This document shows, piece after piece, positions 1 to 12,476 of a stretch of DNA of 64,000 nt (the first letter of the stretch is position 1; the number at the start of each line of letters is the position of its first letter). The stretch lies in contig JALDZX010000041.1 of NCBI GenBank assembly GCA_022813865.1, positions 124,001 through 188,000 of the forward strand. Reading direction: 5' to 3'. A program made the translations under genes and the position numbers. Below the pieces are notes generated by a model. It ran no database searches. It was not told the origin of the DNA and saw only the letters and a program-made list of their open reading frames with translations. The stretch is from Xylographa opegraphella. Taxonomy: Eukaryota.

Positions 1-455
1 CAGCAGCAGGAGAACAAGGGCGTGCAGCAGGTACACACATCCCCCTCAAACACCAACGGAGATCTCCCTCGCTGACAAAGGAGGGAACTCGTAGGAGTTT
101 GCACAGCTGGCCGAGGACGCGAACATCTACAAGCTCATCGGGCCGGTGCTCCTCAAGCAAGACCGGGCGGAGGCCGTGCTAGCGGTGGACGGGCGGCTGG
201 AGTTTATTGAGAAAGAGATGTAATTTGACCCCTTTTTGGTGGGAGCGTGGGAAGAGAGAAGGCACTGATCTGATGTTTTTTTGTTTCAGCCAGCGCGTGG
301 AAAAGCAGATAGCGGATATTCAGAGTGAGAGTGAGAAGACGCGGATGGCGGTAAGTGCCCCACCCCCGTTAGGAACGGAGGCTTATTGCTAAGTATATTA
401 GGTCTATCAATTGCAGACGAAGATGCAGCAGCAGCAGGGAGAGCCTGTTGCTTGA
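1..455 (+). CDS. PFD6: Prefoldin subunit 6 (5' end outside window)
   Basis: Spliced translation QQQENKGVQQ|EFAQLAEDANIYKLIGPVLLKQDRAEAVLAVDGRLEFIEKEI|QRVEKQ...|VYQLQTKMQQQQGEPVA*. The IYKLIGPVLLKQ motif is typical of prefoldin beta subunit 6 (Yke2). GT-AG introns at about 31-95, 220-289 and 351-401. Confidence 0.9.
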
Positions 456-658
456 GCACACGTCTACAGATGTGTAGTCCATGGGCCACTACCGCCATCA
501 GTCCATCCATTGAGGAGTTCTGCATACCGAGCTGAACACAGTCTTGAGAAGCTAGGACGACGTCTCTGTCTTTCTATGGAGCCATCACCCTCTAGACCGC
601 AAGCTACTCTAGTTTAAGAATACAGAAGCCCGATTCAAATGTACAACGAATGGACTCC

Positions 659-2373
659 TCAGGCTTTGATCAACAAGCTTGTTCCACCCATCTCTTTTGG
701 CTGCTCCAAACCCATAGCCTCCAAAATCGTTGGTGCCACATCACCCAACACGCCGTCCGCTTTCTTCAGACTCCAGCCCGAGGGTGCATTGGCCATCACG
801 AAGGGGACATTGTTCGTTGTATGCGAGGTCTTCGGTTTGCCCTCTTCATTGAGCATCTCCTCGGCATTTCTGAAGCAATTAGCATCCTAGGATATCACAT
901 TCCATAATGACATGACATACCCATGGTCTGACGTCACAAAAAGGACATAGCCTTCCTTTTTGCATTGTTCGAATATTTGTCCAATGGCCTTGTCTGTGGC
1001 CGTGACGCCTTGGATGGCTGCTTTGTACACCCCAGTGTGGCCGACCATGTCTGGTGGAGCAAAGTTGTTCATCAGGAATTCGTATTTACCTTCGCCAATC
1101 CTCTTGCACAATTGGTCTGCCACACCAGCAGCACTCATCTTTGGCTCGAGATCGTAGGTAGCGACTTTCGGTGAAGGGACCATGTCTCGATCTTCTCCGG
1201 GGAATTGCTTCTCCACCCCTCCATTGAAGAAGAACGTCACATGCGCATACTTCTCGGTCTCTGCGACATGACACTGCTTCACATCCTGCTTGCCAAGCCA
1301 CTCGGCGAGGACATTGCCCATGTGTTGCGGTTCGAAGGCGATGGGAAAGGGGTAATCGGTCTTGTACTGAGTCATGGTGGTAATGGAAATGTTTTTCGGA
1401 TATGGAAAGTCGGGTTTGGGAGACCGGTCTACGTCACCCATTAATTGGGTAATTTCTCGAACTCGGTCAGATCGGTAATTGAAGAAGAAGAGGGTATCGT
1501 TGTCTGTTCGCTATGTCAGCTTATCAATTTCAATGCCGAAAGGATATCTGACCTTGAACTCGAGCGTCCTTTCCGCCGACTACAATCGGCTTCAGAAACT
1601 CATCGTTCTCCCCTTTCGAATATCTCTCTTCTATAGTCGCGACCGGATCTGTACTGTCCTCTCCTTCTCCAGTCACCACCCCTTTCATCCCGATCTCAAC
1701 TCGGTCCCACCTCTTGTCACGATCCATGATATAGTATCGACCCACGACAGTCGCAACCTGCCCGGTCCCCAACTCCTTCATCTTATCCACCAATTCCTTG
1801 ACATAGCGAGCGCCGGACTTCGGATCCGTGTCCCTCCCATCTGCGAAGCAATGAACAAACACATGCGGCACCTTCATCTCCTTCGCCACCTGCAGCAGGC
1901 CGTAAAGATGCTTGTTGTGCGAATGGACGCCCCCGTCCGAAACCAAGCCCAAGAGGTGCAGTCTCCCATTCGTATCCACTGCCCTCTGGAAGCAGTCGGT
2001 GAGGCTTTTGACCTTGTTGAATTCGCCCTTCCGCAGCGTCTGGTCGATGCGGACCACGTCCTGCCAGACCACTCGGCCTGCACCGATGTTCAAATGCCCG
2101 ACTTCACTGTTGCCCATCAGGCCTTCGGGTAAGCCGACAGCCAAGGACGAGGCTTCGAGCTCGGTGTAGCCTTGTGCGGTCTTGGAATCCTTGCTCGCGA
2201 AGGAGTCCATCACCGGGGTATCGGCGGCGGCAATGGCGTCGCCATCTTTGGGCGATGTCGCGCTGGGGATTCCCCAGCCGTCAATGACGACTGACAGATT
2301 ACGGTCAATTGAGCTCAGGTTGGGAAAGTGCTGCTTGCTTACTGAGGACAGCCTTCTGCTGCACTTTGACCAT
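659..2373 (-). CDS. gpmI: 2,3-bisphosphoglycerate-independent phosphoglycerate mutase
   Basis: MVKVQQKAVL|IVIDGWG start, then GLPEGLMGNSEVGH, SDGGVHSH, GRYYIMDRDKRW, AETEKYAHVTFFFNGG, PDMVGHTG, SDHG and SHT motifs. Three introns join the ORF fragments. Confidence 0.96.
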
Positions 2374-2697
2374 GCTGGCGGGTGCAACGGTTTGAGGATC
2401 GATTGTCGCACAAGTGATAGATAAGAAGGGTGCTCCTGCGCACTGTGTGTAATCAATAGAAACAAGGTAAAGCGTGATGCGATGGACTTAACAAGCAGAC
2501 ATATAATCAACGCGTAGACAGGCCAGGAAAAATTGTTGCAAATCGAGAGCTCCGGAATGTTGAGCTCGGTAGTGGGGTGGAGGGGCAATGATTTGGCTTG
2601 CAACACCCGTACAAGGGGCTACAAGGGTCTCAATCCGTATGCAAAGCGCGACCGACACAAAACCACCACCCCCCACCCCCCTCTCACAACAACGACC

Positions 2698-3039
2698 ATG
2701 CCCTCATCCACCTCCCCACACACCCACCCAAACACCCTCCCACCCGGCGACACCTTCGACATCATCCCGCCCCTCCACGCGCTGCTCGCGCGCCTCCCCG
2801 GCACCCAAGCCGAAAGCACGGGGACCACCACGCTGCTGCCCAAAGACCTAGCGACCGAAGCGGCCGCGATCAAGATCAAGATCCAGAAAGCGCGCGTGGC
2901 GGTGCAGGTGCTGCCGGACGTGGAGCGGAGCGTGGCGGAGCAGCAGGCCGAGATCGGGGAGCTGGAGGAGCGCATACGGGAGCAGGAGCGGGTGCTGCGG
3001 GAGATCGCGGAGGCGGGGAGGAGGAGGAGGAGTGCTTGA
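2698..3039 (+). CDS. MED9: Mediator subunit 9 (Med9/Cse2)-like
   Basis: FDIIPPLHALL...LLPKDLATEAAAIKIKIQKARVAVQVLPDVERSVAEQQAEIGELEERI matches the fungal Med9 pattern. Confidence 0.8.
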   Translation: MPSSTSPHTHPNTLPPGDTFDIIPPLHALLARLPGTQAESTGTTTLLPKDLATEAAAIKIKIQKARVAVQVLPDVERSVAEQQAEIGELEERIREQERVLREIAEAGRRRRSA

Positions 3040-3399
3040 GTACGGTTGGACGGTGTTTGGACGGATTTGGGGCTGGGATTGGGTTTGAGGAGCAGGGGCA
3101 GCATGTGAATGGCGTCCAGGACGTACAGAAGTACTGGGACTGAAGGCGAAGCTTTACACCCCGAATTGGTATTGCCAATCCAACCCGTCTTCTCAGAGAT
3201 GCCATTGTGTTTGTACAAAGGTCTATACAAAACGCTTGAAAAGGAGACCACCAAGCCCAAGGCGCCATGCTATGCGTTGAAGCTGCAAACCGCCCAGAAA
3301 GTTGATTCCTAGCTTTTCCATCCACCAAGGCGCCATATGCCATGCTGTTGAACAATCCGGTCAACGTTAAGTGTCTCCGGTGGCAGTAAGATCAAATAT

Positions 3400-4994
3400 T
3401 CAGACGGGCAGAGGGAAGCTGCCCGCCCACGCAGAGATCTCCTTCTTCATTGCATTGATCTCTTCGACTTCGCCACTGGCGACCCTAGCCTTGAAGTCCT
3501 TCTGCTTGTTTGCCTCTTTCGGTAACTTGCTCTGGACGTCTAAACATATGGCAATACATTTATCAATGTAACTTGCGATGCACTTGAAGTCTTCTTGGCC
3601 CATACCCCGACTGGACATAGCTGGTGCGCCTATCCGAATACCACCGGGTGTCAGAGCAGACCTGTCGCCAGGTACTGAGTTCTTGTTGCAGGCTATGTTG
3701 ACCTGCTCCAGCACAGCCTCAACGCGAGCACCATCCAGGGACTTTGGCCGCAGGTCGAGCAGAACCATATGGCTGTCCGTGCCATCCGAAACGAGCTTGT
3801 ACCCAAGTCGTTTGAATTCCACCTCTAATGTCTTTGCGTTATTGATGACGTTCTCTTGGTACTGCCTGAACTCGGGTGTCATGGCTTGTTTCAGTGCCAC
3901 GGCCAACGCTGTGATGGTATGATTATGAGGACCCCCCTGATGACCAGGAAAGACCGAGAAGTTGATAGGACCTTCAAGGTCATAGAGTGTCTCCTTCCCG
4001 TTCTTCAGATCTGTCTTCCTCACGCCTTTGCGGAAGAAAATCATGGCGCCCCGAGGACCTCGTAATGATTTGTGGGTTGTGGTTGTAACGATATCAGCGT
4101 ACTCGAAGGGGGAAGGTATGACACCTGCGGCGATGAGACCGGAAATGTGTGCCATATCGACGACAAGATATGCGCCGCACATGTCTGCAATCTCTCGCAT
4201 ACGCTTATAGTCAATTAAGCGGCAATAGGCAGAAGTTCCCGCTACGAGAACTTTTGGACGATACATCAGCGCATTCTCCTCAAGCATTTCGTAGTCGATT
4301 ATGCCCGTTTCCAGGTTGACTCGGTAAGGGAAAGTCTCGAAGTAGGTTGAGACAGCAGAGATCCTGCATGATATACGTCAATGAGATTCTTTCATACTGC
4401 TAGAGAACAAATTTGGTTTAGCGATACTCACTTCCTCGTCGGCGTCTGGTAACCATGGCTCAAATGCCCCCCATGCGGCAAATCCAAGCCCATCAACCGA
4501 TCATGCGGCCTCATAATTGCCTGGTAGACTTGCAGATTCGCTGGACTGCCACTTAAGCACTGCACATTCACGCCCCACTTCTCCGCATCCAACTTGAAGG
4601 TCTTCAGCGCGCGGGCCTGGCACATCAGCTCGATGGCATCGATATGCTGGTTACCGCCATAGTAGCGAGCACCCGGATACCCCTCGGAATACTTGTTCGA
4701 CATGGGCGACCCGAGGGCATCGAAGACGGCGCGCGAGGTGAAGTTTTCGGAGGCGATGAGGACGATGGATTCCCGCTGGCGCTGGATTTCGAGTTTCTGG
4801 ACGCGGGTGGTGAGTATATTTTGATTTGGATGAAGTTTTCTGAATGGATACCATTATCTCTGCTACCTCGGGGTCTGACTCGACCAGAGACTTCTCGAGC
4901 AACTGTTTGGGATGTCAGCGCCACACTCGGCCGCGGAACTTCGAGATAATTGACTTACATCCTGATGGGATTTGGGGAGAGCGTAGGTCGCCAT
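3400..4994 (-). CDS. SHM2: Serine hydroxymethyltransferase, cytosolic
   Basis: [12 protein letters not shown] start with no mitochondrial presequence. [29 protein letters not shown] and [13 protein letters not shown] (PLP lysine). Three introns. Confidence 0.96.
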
Positions 4995-5458
4995 GATGGA
5001 TATCTTTCTTGAATCGGAGGAGATTTTAGATTGAAAGATTCTGTGTGGTTGGAACGCGGCGAAAGTGTGGTGTAATAGATTCGGCGGTGTACAGAATCAA
5101 TCGGAGCTCTTTATGGATAAGGATAGGGCCGAGGGGCACAAATGCGCTAAGAGAGAACGCTAATGTGGGAGTGTGGTAGAGGCTACCTAGGGTTCGACCC
5201 TCAGTGCTTTTACACGATGACCGAAAATGTTTTATGTGCGGTTTCGATCCACGCCTCTGTCTTTCCGTAACATGCTACGAGGAGACCGAAGAAGGCCTGA
5301 TATGATACTAGTACTTTTTGTAAATCCTTCCTCGGTCACTGCAAGCTGGGTAGTCCGTCTAGGTAGTCCGTCAACGCCCCCTTCCCTTTCTGTCGCTGGT
5401 GCTGATGCATAGAATATCTATCACAGCTAACCCGGTGAACAACGAAATGCAATTGTAG

Positions 5459-6511
5459 CTACGCAGGTTGCTCATAAGCTCTGTGGATGATCTTCGCAAA
5501 CTCTGTTGGCAATCATTAGTAACACGTGTGTTCCAGAGTAGAAAGTCCTCGAGCGGGAAACTCACGATCGAACTGCACATTCTCCCGCACCACCGTGCCC
5601 TTGGCTTCGTTCTCCTTGTTAACCGGAATGATCACCGTACCTTTCACCCCCGTCGTGTCATCAATCCCCCACCCACAGATATCCGTAATGAACCGCTCAA
5701 AGTCCTGTCCGCGCATCTGCAGCCACCCTTCCAGCACACTCCTGTCCACCTCTCTGCAACTCTGCCCAATCGTGACTGCGATTCGGATCCGTATCAGCTC
5801 CTCAAAGCCGCTGACATCGGCCACGAGATCGGCATAAAGGTCATCGCTGTCCAGCGTGGACCAGAAGCCTTTGTAGTTCGCCTCCGACAGGAGGTTGTTT
5901 AGGACGTTGAGCTTCTGTACTGCTTCTGAGAGCGGGGCATCACCCGCGGAGCGGAGAGAGGCGGTTGAGGAAGGAGGATTAAGGATATGTGGAGGAAGCA
6001 GATGCAGGCAGAGCGAGAAATCAGGCGAAGGAAAGACGGTCAGCGCTTTGACGAGGATGTTAGTGGTCGTTTCGTCCCGAGTAAGGTGCGGATTGAATTG
6101 GTATCTGTAAAGTACATTCGTCTGTCAGTGGCGGCAAAGACTGTAGAGGTTGGATTGAATGGGTACGGTGTGCAGAAAGGGTGTCAGATAGAGCTAATAA
6201 ACGTGACTTCAGAAAGCAGGCGACTGATTCAAGGTCAACCTGCTCGGTCAGGTAATAGGAAACGTTAAAGTTGATCATCACATAGTAGGCCAGAGTGTAT
6301 CGAACGCAGCGTTCTGATAACGAGATGAATTATTTACTCACAATTTCAGCAGGGCGAGGTTGGCGTAGCAGTCGTAGGTGCGGTCTTCGCACTGTTGCGC
6401 TACATAGTCCTGGAAGACGGATGTCGTCTCTGGATTATATCTGTCGAGCCCATTCAAGATGGCGTCTATATGTTCTGGCCTCTCCGGCGCATAATCAAAG
6501 GCAATTCCCAT
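5459..6511 (-). CDS. eIF3k: Translation initiation factor 3 subunit K
   Basis: [28 protein letters not shown]...[17 protein letters not shown]...[32 protein letters not shown]. Intron 1 is unusually long (about 235 nt). Confidence 0.93.
6180..6285 (-). ncRNA. Intronic box C/D snoRNA, U44/SNORD44-like
   Basis: Within eIF3k intron 1: box C GTGATGA (6281-6275), internal CTGA, terminal box D CTGA (6187-6184) preceded by TATTAGCTCTAT. This guide is antisense to the conserved SSU rRNA segment UAGAGCUAAUA. Confidence 0.8.
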
Positions 6512-6935
6512 GGCTGTAGTCGGGCGTAGGAATTTCGGAGTGCACCCGGCGGTTTTGGATTTTGAGGCGAGGATTGTGCAATAATCCATAAGGCTGAAAT
6601 TCTCCAGCCGCGCCGACAATGAATTTCAACGACTTCCACGCACTTTTTTAATGTCTCCATAATACAGACAATTCACAGAAGCGATGTGATTTGATCAGAT
6701 TTCTAGCATTCAAAAGCTCATCTATAACTTCTCTGCCACTATGAAATATCTGCCGAAACCCTCATCCCTCTCAAAGCACATGTGGGGTATCATTCAATCC
6801 GAATTCTGCGGACTCATCTATAACGGCGAATGAGGCACAGCTAACACTAAGCCGCAAGCAAGAGGCAGCAATCGTAGCAGAACGGCCAAAGGAGACTCGT
6901 TAGATCATTCAAGCGACCGTGCTCGAGTATCACAA

Positions 6936-8266
6936 TCAGACGGCGACCTGCTGCCGATGTGACCCAACCAAGGCCGGACTGCATGCGGGTACGGGACCGC
7001 GTGAAAATCTGGACGGTGAATTCTCTGACATCCGCAGCTCTGGCTCTGGCTTTGGCTTTGCTTGAGAAGACGTCTCGTCGTCTTCGCCTCCAAGATCTGA
7101 TTGTGGGACCTTCGCCGGCTGCACATATGTATTCACAACTTCATCTTCTGAATCTTCGGCTTTGACTTTCAAGCCTCCCAGCACTCGGCCTAAGTCCTGC
7201 AGAATGCCAACGAACATCATGTGCAGTTCACAAAAAATGCGATCATTGTCGACAAGCTCCGCAATCCCATTCGCTCTCACGTTCGCTGTACCATGCCGGG
7301 GATGACCATCTGGATCCATGGTTCGTCCAGTCAGAAATGACGAGATGGGCGTGACATGACCTCTCTCTGGAGGACTATCATCGATAATCGACCGGGCTGC
7401 GACATCCTCAGCCGCCTCGACTATATTCATGGCGATCTGCTCGAAGAAGCTCCAGATCACAGTGCACGCCTCAAATGCTCGTTGGGTTTCAAAACCAGCA
7501 AGGGCGAGAAGAGCATAATACCGCTGGCGACCACGGGCGTGCGAATCAGCCAGTCTGAAGACGTAGGCAATGGTATAGCCTGCGATCGGATCTCCAAACC
7601 ACAGCGGTCCCGACGTCTGACCGCGAGGCAATTGTTCGCCGGATAGAGTACGAATCGTCGCCCTCCTCAAACTTGAATAGCTTTCCGATTCTGTCGGGCT
7701 CGAGCTGGACACATATTCGAGGCTGTGGGTGTGACATGAAGACTCAGTACCAGACGAACCGAAGGAATCGTGAGGAAGAAGTGAAGGGTGATGGACATCA
7801 TCTTCTTCCAACTGAGTATAGCGATTGGTGCAGGCGTGTACCTCCTCTCTTGTCCGGAGAGGGGTACGATCTTTCACGCCTCTCGCCACCTTGTCCGATT
7901 GGCATTCAAACACCTGGTCGGGCAAACTTATGCTGCAACTCGCACATTTATCGCCATCTCCCACGCCCAATCCCCCCAGTCCCGCGCTTAACGGACGCCT
8001 GTCTTTGGTCGACGAAAAGTAATCCGCCGCCGTGGGCTTCGCAGAGGGTCTCGGCGACGAGGCAGGGGATAAGGTAAAACAGGTCGAGCAAGCGGCCGGA
8101 AGGGCCTGGGTACACAGAACGGATGTCGGTCCATGAAGCTCACAAAAGTGAGCGAACGACAGCTGTTCGCAATCGCATATTAGACGATGCCCTGAACAAA
8201 GGCGGTGCTCCGCGAAATCCAGGCACGCCTCGAGGGTCTTTGCACCTGACTCACCACAAAGTCCAT
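6936..8266 (-). CDS. LST7: Folliculin / Lst7 family protein (longin/DENN N-terminal domain)
   Basis: MDFV|LSFAHFCELHGPTSVLCTQ start after a short intron, CASC Zn site, LRRATIRTLSGEQLP, FGDPIAGYTIAYVFRLADSHARGRQRYYALLAL. Confidence 0.88.
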
Positions 8267-9227
8267 GGCTCATCACTTTCCGCTACAGCTGGCTAAGCGC
8301 CACATGACCCTTCTGATGGCTGAGTGATGGTGTGTGTGTGTCGATGATTCAGATAACGGACGTTAGCGCAACGACTGGACGCTCCGAGATACCCTGCGCG
8401 CGCGTGGTACCTGTCGGCGACGGGTCGATGGCTGGAAAGTGAGATGGTGGATGGTGGAAAACGGTGCCCTTCGTGGGCCTTCTGATCCGACCCTGGCTGG
8501 CTGGAACGTCGCCCGTTGTTGGGACCCAGGTTAGCAGTCAAATCTCCCGGGAAATGTCGTCACATGCCAAATCCGCTCCCAGCGTCGCAAAGCTGTTCGC
8601 AACCCTGTTGACGGACGGCCGAACTGGGCACACGAGGAGGGCAAGAACGGAGGATGAAGATTTGGGATGTGGAGAGGAGGGTTTTTTTTTTGGCGACGGA
8701 CCAGAACTAGGTAGTGCGCTGGATTCAGGGAGGGCGACACTTTGCTTTGCTTGCTTTTGCATGGGACTTGCTGGTCGCAGCGATGCCGATCCCCTTCAGG
8801 GAAAGGACCCCACCCACTCGCCCCCCCTTGGAACTTTGAGCCCGCTTAGCGGTCCTTTAGCGCTGTCAGATCCTATCGCTAGCGTGCGATAAGCTGCCTC
8901 GCGGCCCCCGACTCGCCCTGGTAGATACGATAAGGTAAGGTAAGGTAGCGGCTAAGTGAGAGAACGTGTCGTGCATCGAGCTATCCCCGGCACGTGCGTC
9001 GGGTGCAGGTGCAATAATCGCCAATATCAGATAGGGAATATCGGGGGCGGAGTATATACCATGTGTTTTGCTACTCAATATCTTCACTTAAGTAGGTACT
9101 AGAGCTTCCTGGAAGCAAGTCGCTGCGTCGGCATGGCCGTTTCACTTGAGCGGCATGAACGACTTCGAAACTGCCCCGAAGCACACAACACCCTCCCCAC
9201 CACCTTCCCATGCACTGCCACCCGCCC

Positions 9228-11938
9228 CTAATCCCTCCTTTTCCTTCCCGCTCGATCCCTCCGGTGCTTCTCCTTCGGCGCCACCGACACCCACGGCTGC
9301 CTCTTCGCCCACGCCTCCACGTCAAAGTCCGACTCCCACTCCGAGCCCCCGGAATACCCGTCACTGTCCTGCACCTTGTCCGCCGCGCGGTGCTTCCGCC
9401 AGCGTGCGCGCTCGTCCTGCGCCGCCAGCGCCTCGACGCACTCCTCCTCGTACGCCCACGTCGGCATGTCCAGCTTGCCGCGCACGAGCACGAGCTTGGT
9501 CCCTTGCTCGCGGTACGAGGCAAACGTGGCCGCCGGGAGCGGGCTGATGGCCTGGAGTGCGTTGATGCGTGTGTCGACGCCGCGGATGAGGACTTGTCCG
9601 ATGCAGCGCGTTTTCGACGGGTCGAGCGGGATGTAGGCGCCGTGGCCGGAGAAGAGGTATGGGATGCCTTCTTTGCTGCGGCGGATTGAGGGCTTGGGGT
9701 GGGGAGAGGTGGTTGGTAGGTCTGGATTTATGGCCGGGGGATTCGGAGCGCGTGCTGTCCGTGCTGTGCGGTCGTCTAGAGGTTGCCACTTGGGACACTT
9801 CGCCCTTGAGGCTGCGACATCCTCGTCTCCTGAGCCAAGCGGCTCTGTAATGTCTTGGTTATGCGTAGCCTCGTCGTCGATCGCATGTTGATATTCTGCC
9901 AGAGCATCGGCCGGGATCGCCGAATCGTCTTCGATCGCGACGACTCCGAGTACGGAACCATTGATCAGCGCGGCCAAGTACGTTGTGGCCATTTCGTTAC
10001 CCAGGATCATGACGCCAAGTATGTTTTGCTGCGGGCCGGAGTAGTATATATTTGTGGGCTCGACGGTATTGATCGACGCGGCGTTCCAGCGGAGTATGCC
10101 CCGTTCAGGTTCGTCGAGATGGAAGTACGACAGCGTCTGCATGGCCCTTAGATCTGCTGCAGTCCTTGAAGTCGAAGTGGATGGCTGGGAAGGCAGAACA
10201 TGGAACGAAGCCCCTGTGCTGAGAGCTGCCGCACTCAGGGTATCGACCGCGTCTGTTGGTCCAGTCGTGCTCATGTACACAACATCCGTCAGAGCCATGC
10301 TGCGAACCAGCTCTTCTAATAGATCCAGACCAGCACCGAAGATCCACCCGCACATGTTGATGACGAGCGGACATGGTTGCTGCTGTTGAAACAGGCCTCT
10401 GAAAGTGCTATAGAGTTCCAGTACACACTGCGTATAATGATGAGGGTCATCACGCGGCGTGATGCCTCCAACGTGATGCGCTCGGATGGGTGTGTTCTCT
10501 GAGCCATTAGCGATGGTTGGATGGGTGTACGGGGGTCCCAGGTTGTACGACTTGAGGTGTACCAGAGATACATCCCCAGGCGGCGAATACTCGGGCTGTC
10601 CCGGATCCAAGTCTAGGAAACAGACTCCGGACCCTCCTGGAGATTTGAGGACAAACTCGTTCGTCAACAGCCGAGTGAGTGTCGATTTACCGGCGCCTTT
10701 TGGCCCGCATATCATAATGACTCTGGATGGTCTGACATTCGGGTCGGTCATCCTCAAAATTAGATCTTGCCATTCTGAAGAGATGGCTAGTGGCGCCAGA
10801 GGCCGATGTAAGGTATCTTGAGACGAGTCTTTAAGCTATAGTTTGGTTAACCAAATCAAAATCAATATCTACAAAAGTCTTGGAATGTTAAACCATACCA
10901 AGCTAAAAGATGTTCCATAGAAGTTGTCTTTAGTGTCTTCGATGTCGCTGGTGAAGTTTGTATGATTCCATATCCGGCGAAACTTCCGAGATACACGGCG
11001 AAGAAGCCGTATACGGCTAGTACACGAGTAGATGCTAATCTCAGCTGGTTGTTGAGCAGGGCCGAAAGGATTACGAAGATGGCGAATCGAAGGGAGGGAG
11101 TGACTGGAGGGCGCATATACTCGATGCAGCTTTGGACTCGGATGAAGCACCGCTCCGAGTATACTGACTGTTCCTTTACGGACCCATAGATCGTACTGGC
11201 CAACAGGAGTTAAAATCTGTTGATATTGTAAGCAGGAATCGATGTATCAGTGACGGAGATGCATATACATCGCCATCAGTGAGTCTGATTTTGCACTCTC
11301 GAGTTGAAGAACGGACTATATTGCCATCCGAGGAGGAGAAAGACGAGAGCGGTACCCTGATGAAATGTTTTGGTTTCAGGATAACGGGGTCATTCAGGTC
11401 CGAGCCTTCCTCCGGATCATAGTCCAAATCAGAGCTCAGACTTTGAAGCGGGTTAGCGTTGCTTCAAACCGCGCAAGAGTTCAAAATACCTGCTGATTTG
11501 GGATCCGCCATCTTTCGCAGTAGAAGATTCCCTGGAATCGGGCGCTACATCTTCCTCGCGTGCAGCTGACACCTCCAAGTTTGAGACAGGCTTCTTTAAA
11601 GACTTGTCCGCTACCCACTTTGAGACATGCTCTTTCGACGCTGGTTGTGGTTCTTTGGCTCGGATTTTGGTGGTGGTAGTGTTAGAATTTCGCTTTCTTT
11701 TCAAAGGTCTTCTTTGGGTGTCATGAACTTTCTGATTATCGGAAGAAATGTGTAATGATAAATTTTCTCTTGCTTCCGCATGCAATGTTTCAGAAGCGAC
11801 TTTTGGTTGTGTATCAGGTCGTTGAACGGCCCTGCGGGCCGCGATTGCACTCAGTGGTTTGCCTTGAGGAGATTAGTGTCCTTATTGAATGGCAGTTGAG
11901 CAGGGAAGAATACCGTTCGACTCTATTCCTTTCGACAT
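9228..11938 (-). CDS. GRC3: Polynucleotide 5'-hydroxyl kinase Grc3/Nol9
   Basis: MSKGIESN|GKPLSAIAARR N-terminus, GQYDLWVRKG, P-loop CGPKGAGKST, LDLDPGQPEY, PLVINMCGW, LVLVRGKLD. Four introns. Confidence 0.92.
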
Positions 11939-12476
11939 ACTAAGGTACGTACTGTATCATAAATTACTGCTGCTCCTTCACGAAGAAATTACAGCGGGAT
12001 AACCAATTAGATTGAAACGTGTAAAATATCCCATCCTAAGCGAGACTTGACCTCGGGATAATGGCGGATAATCGACAACAAGCCACAAGCCACAATAGTC
12101 CTATGTGGGATTGGCTAAGTGCCGATGTGGTAGAGTCTTAAATTTGTATTGAGACCAAACATGGATTCTGATATCTGACGGATCTGACAAAGTCCTACAG
12201 ATGAGCAATCAGCACCACCTTGTTTTCAAGCCTCATTTCCATGAAAACCCCGTCGACACTCGTTCCTTCGGACTTACTTTGATCCGTATAGCAACATTGT
12301 ATCTTACCTCTCAATGTAAGCACTACTTTTCTGGACTTCAGTGTCCATAACATAAGGCTCCATCATCGATTACAGTCTTGTGGTTGATACCCAAGGTAAT
12401 CTCATACGAATTTTTACATCACATTGATACATCCGCTGCATCACGAAATCGATGGACTTTTGCAGCTTGCTGAATT

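Noticed and set aside
659..2373. Bacterial-type iPGM as possible horizontal transfer
   Set aside because: Cofactor-independent PGM is the normal form in filamentous ascomycetes, and the gene has introns.
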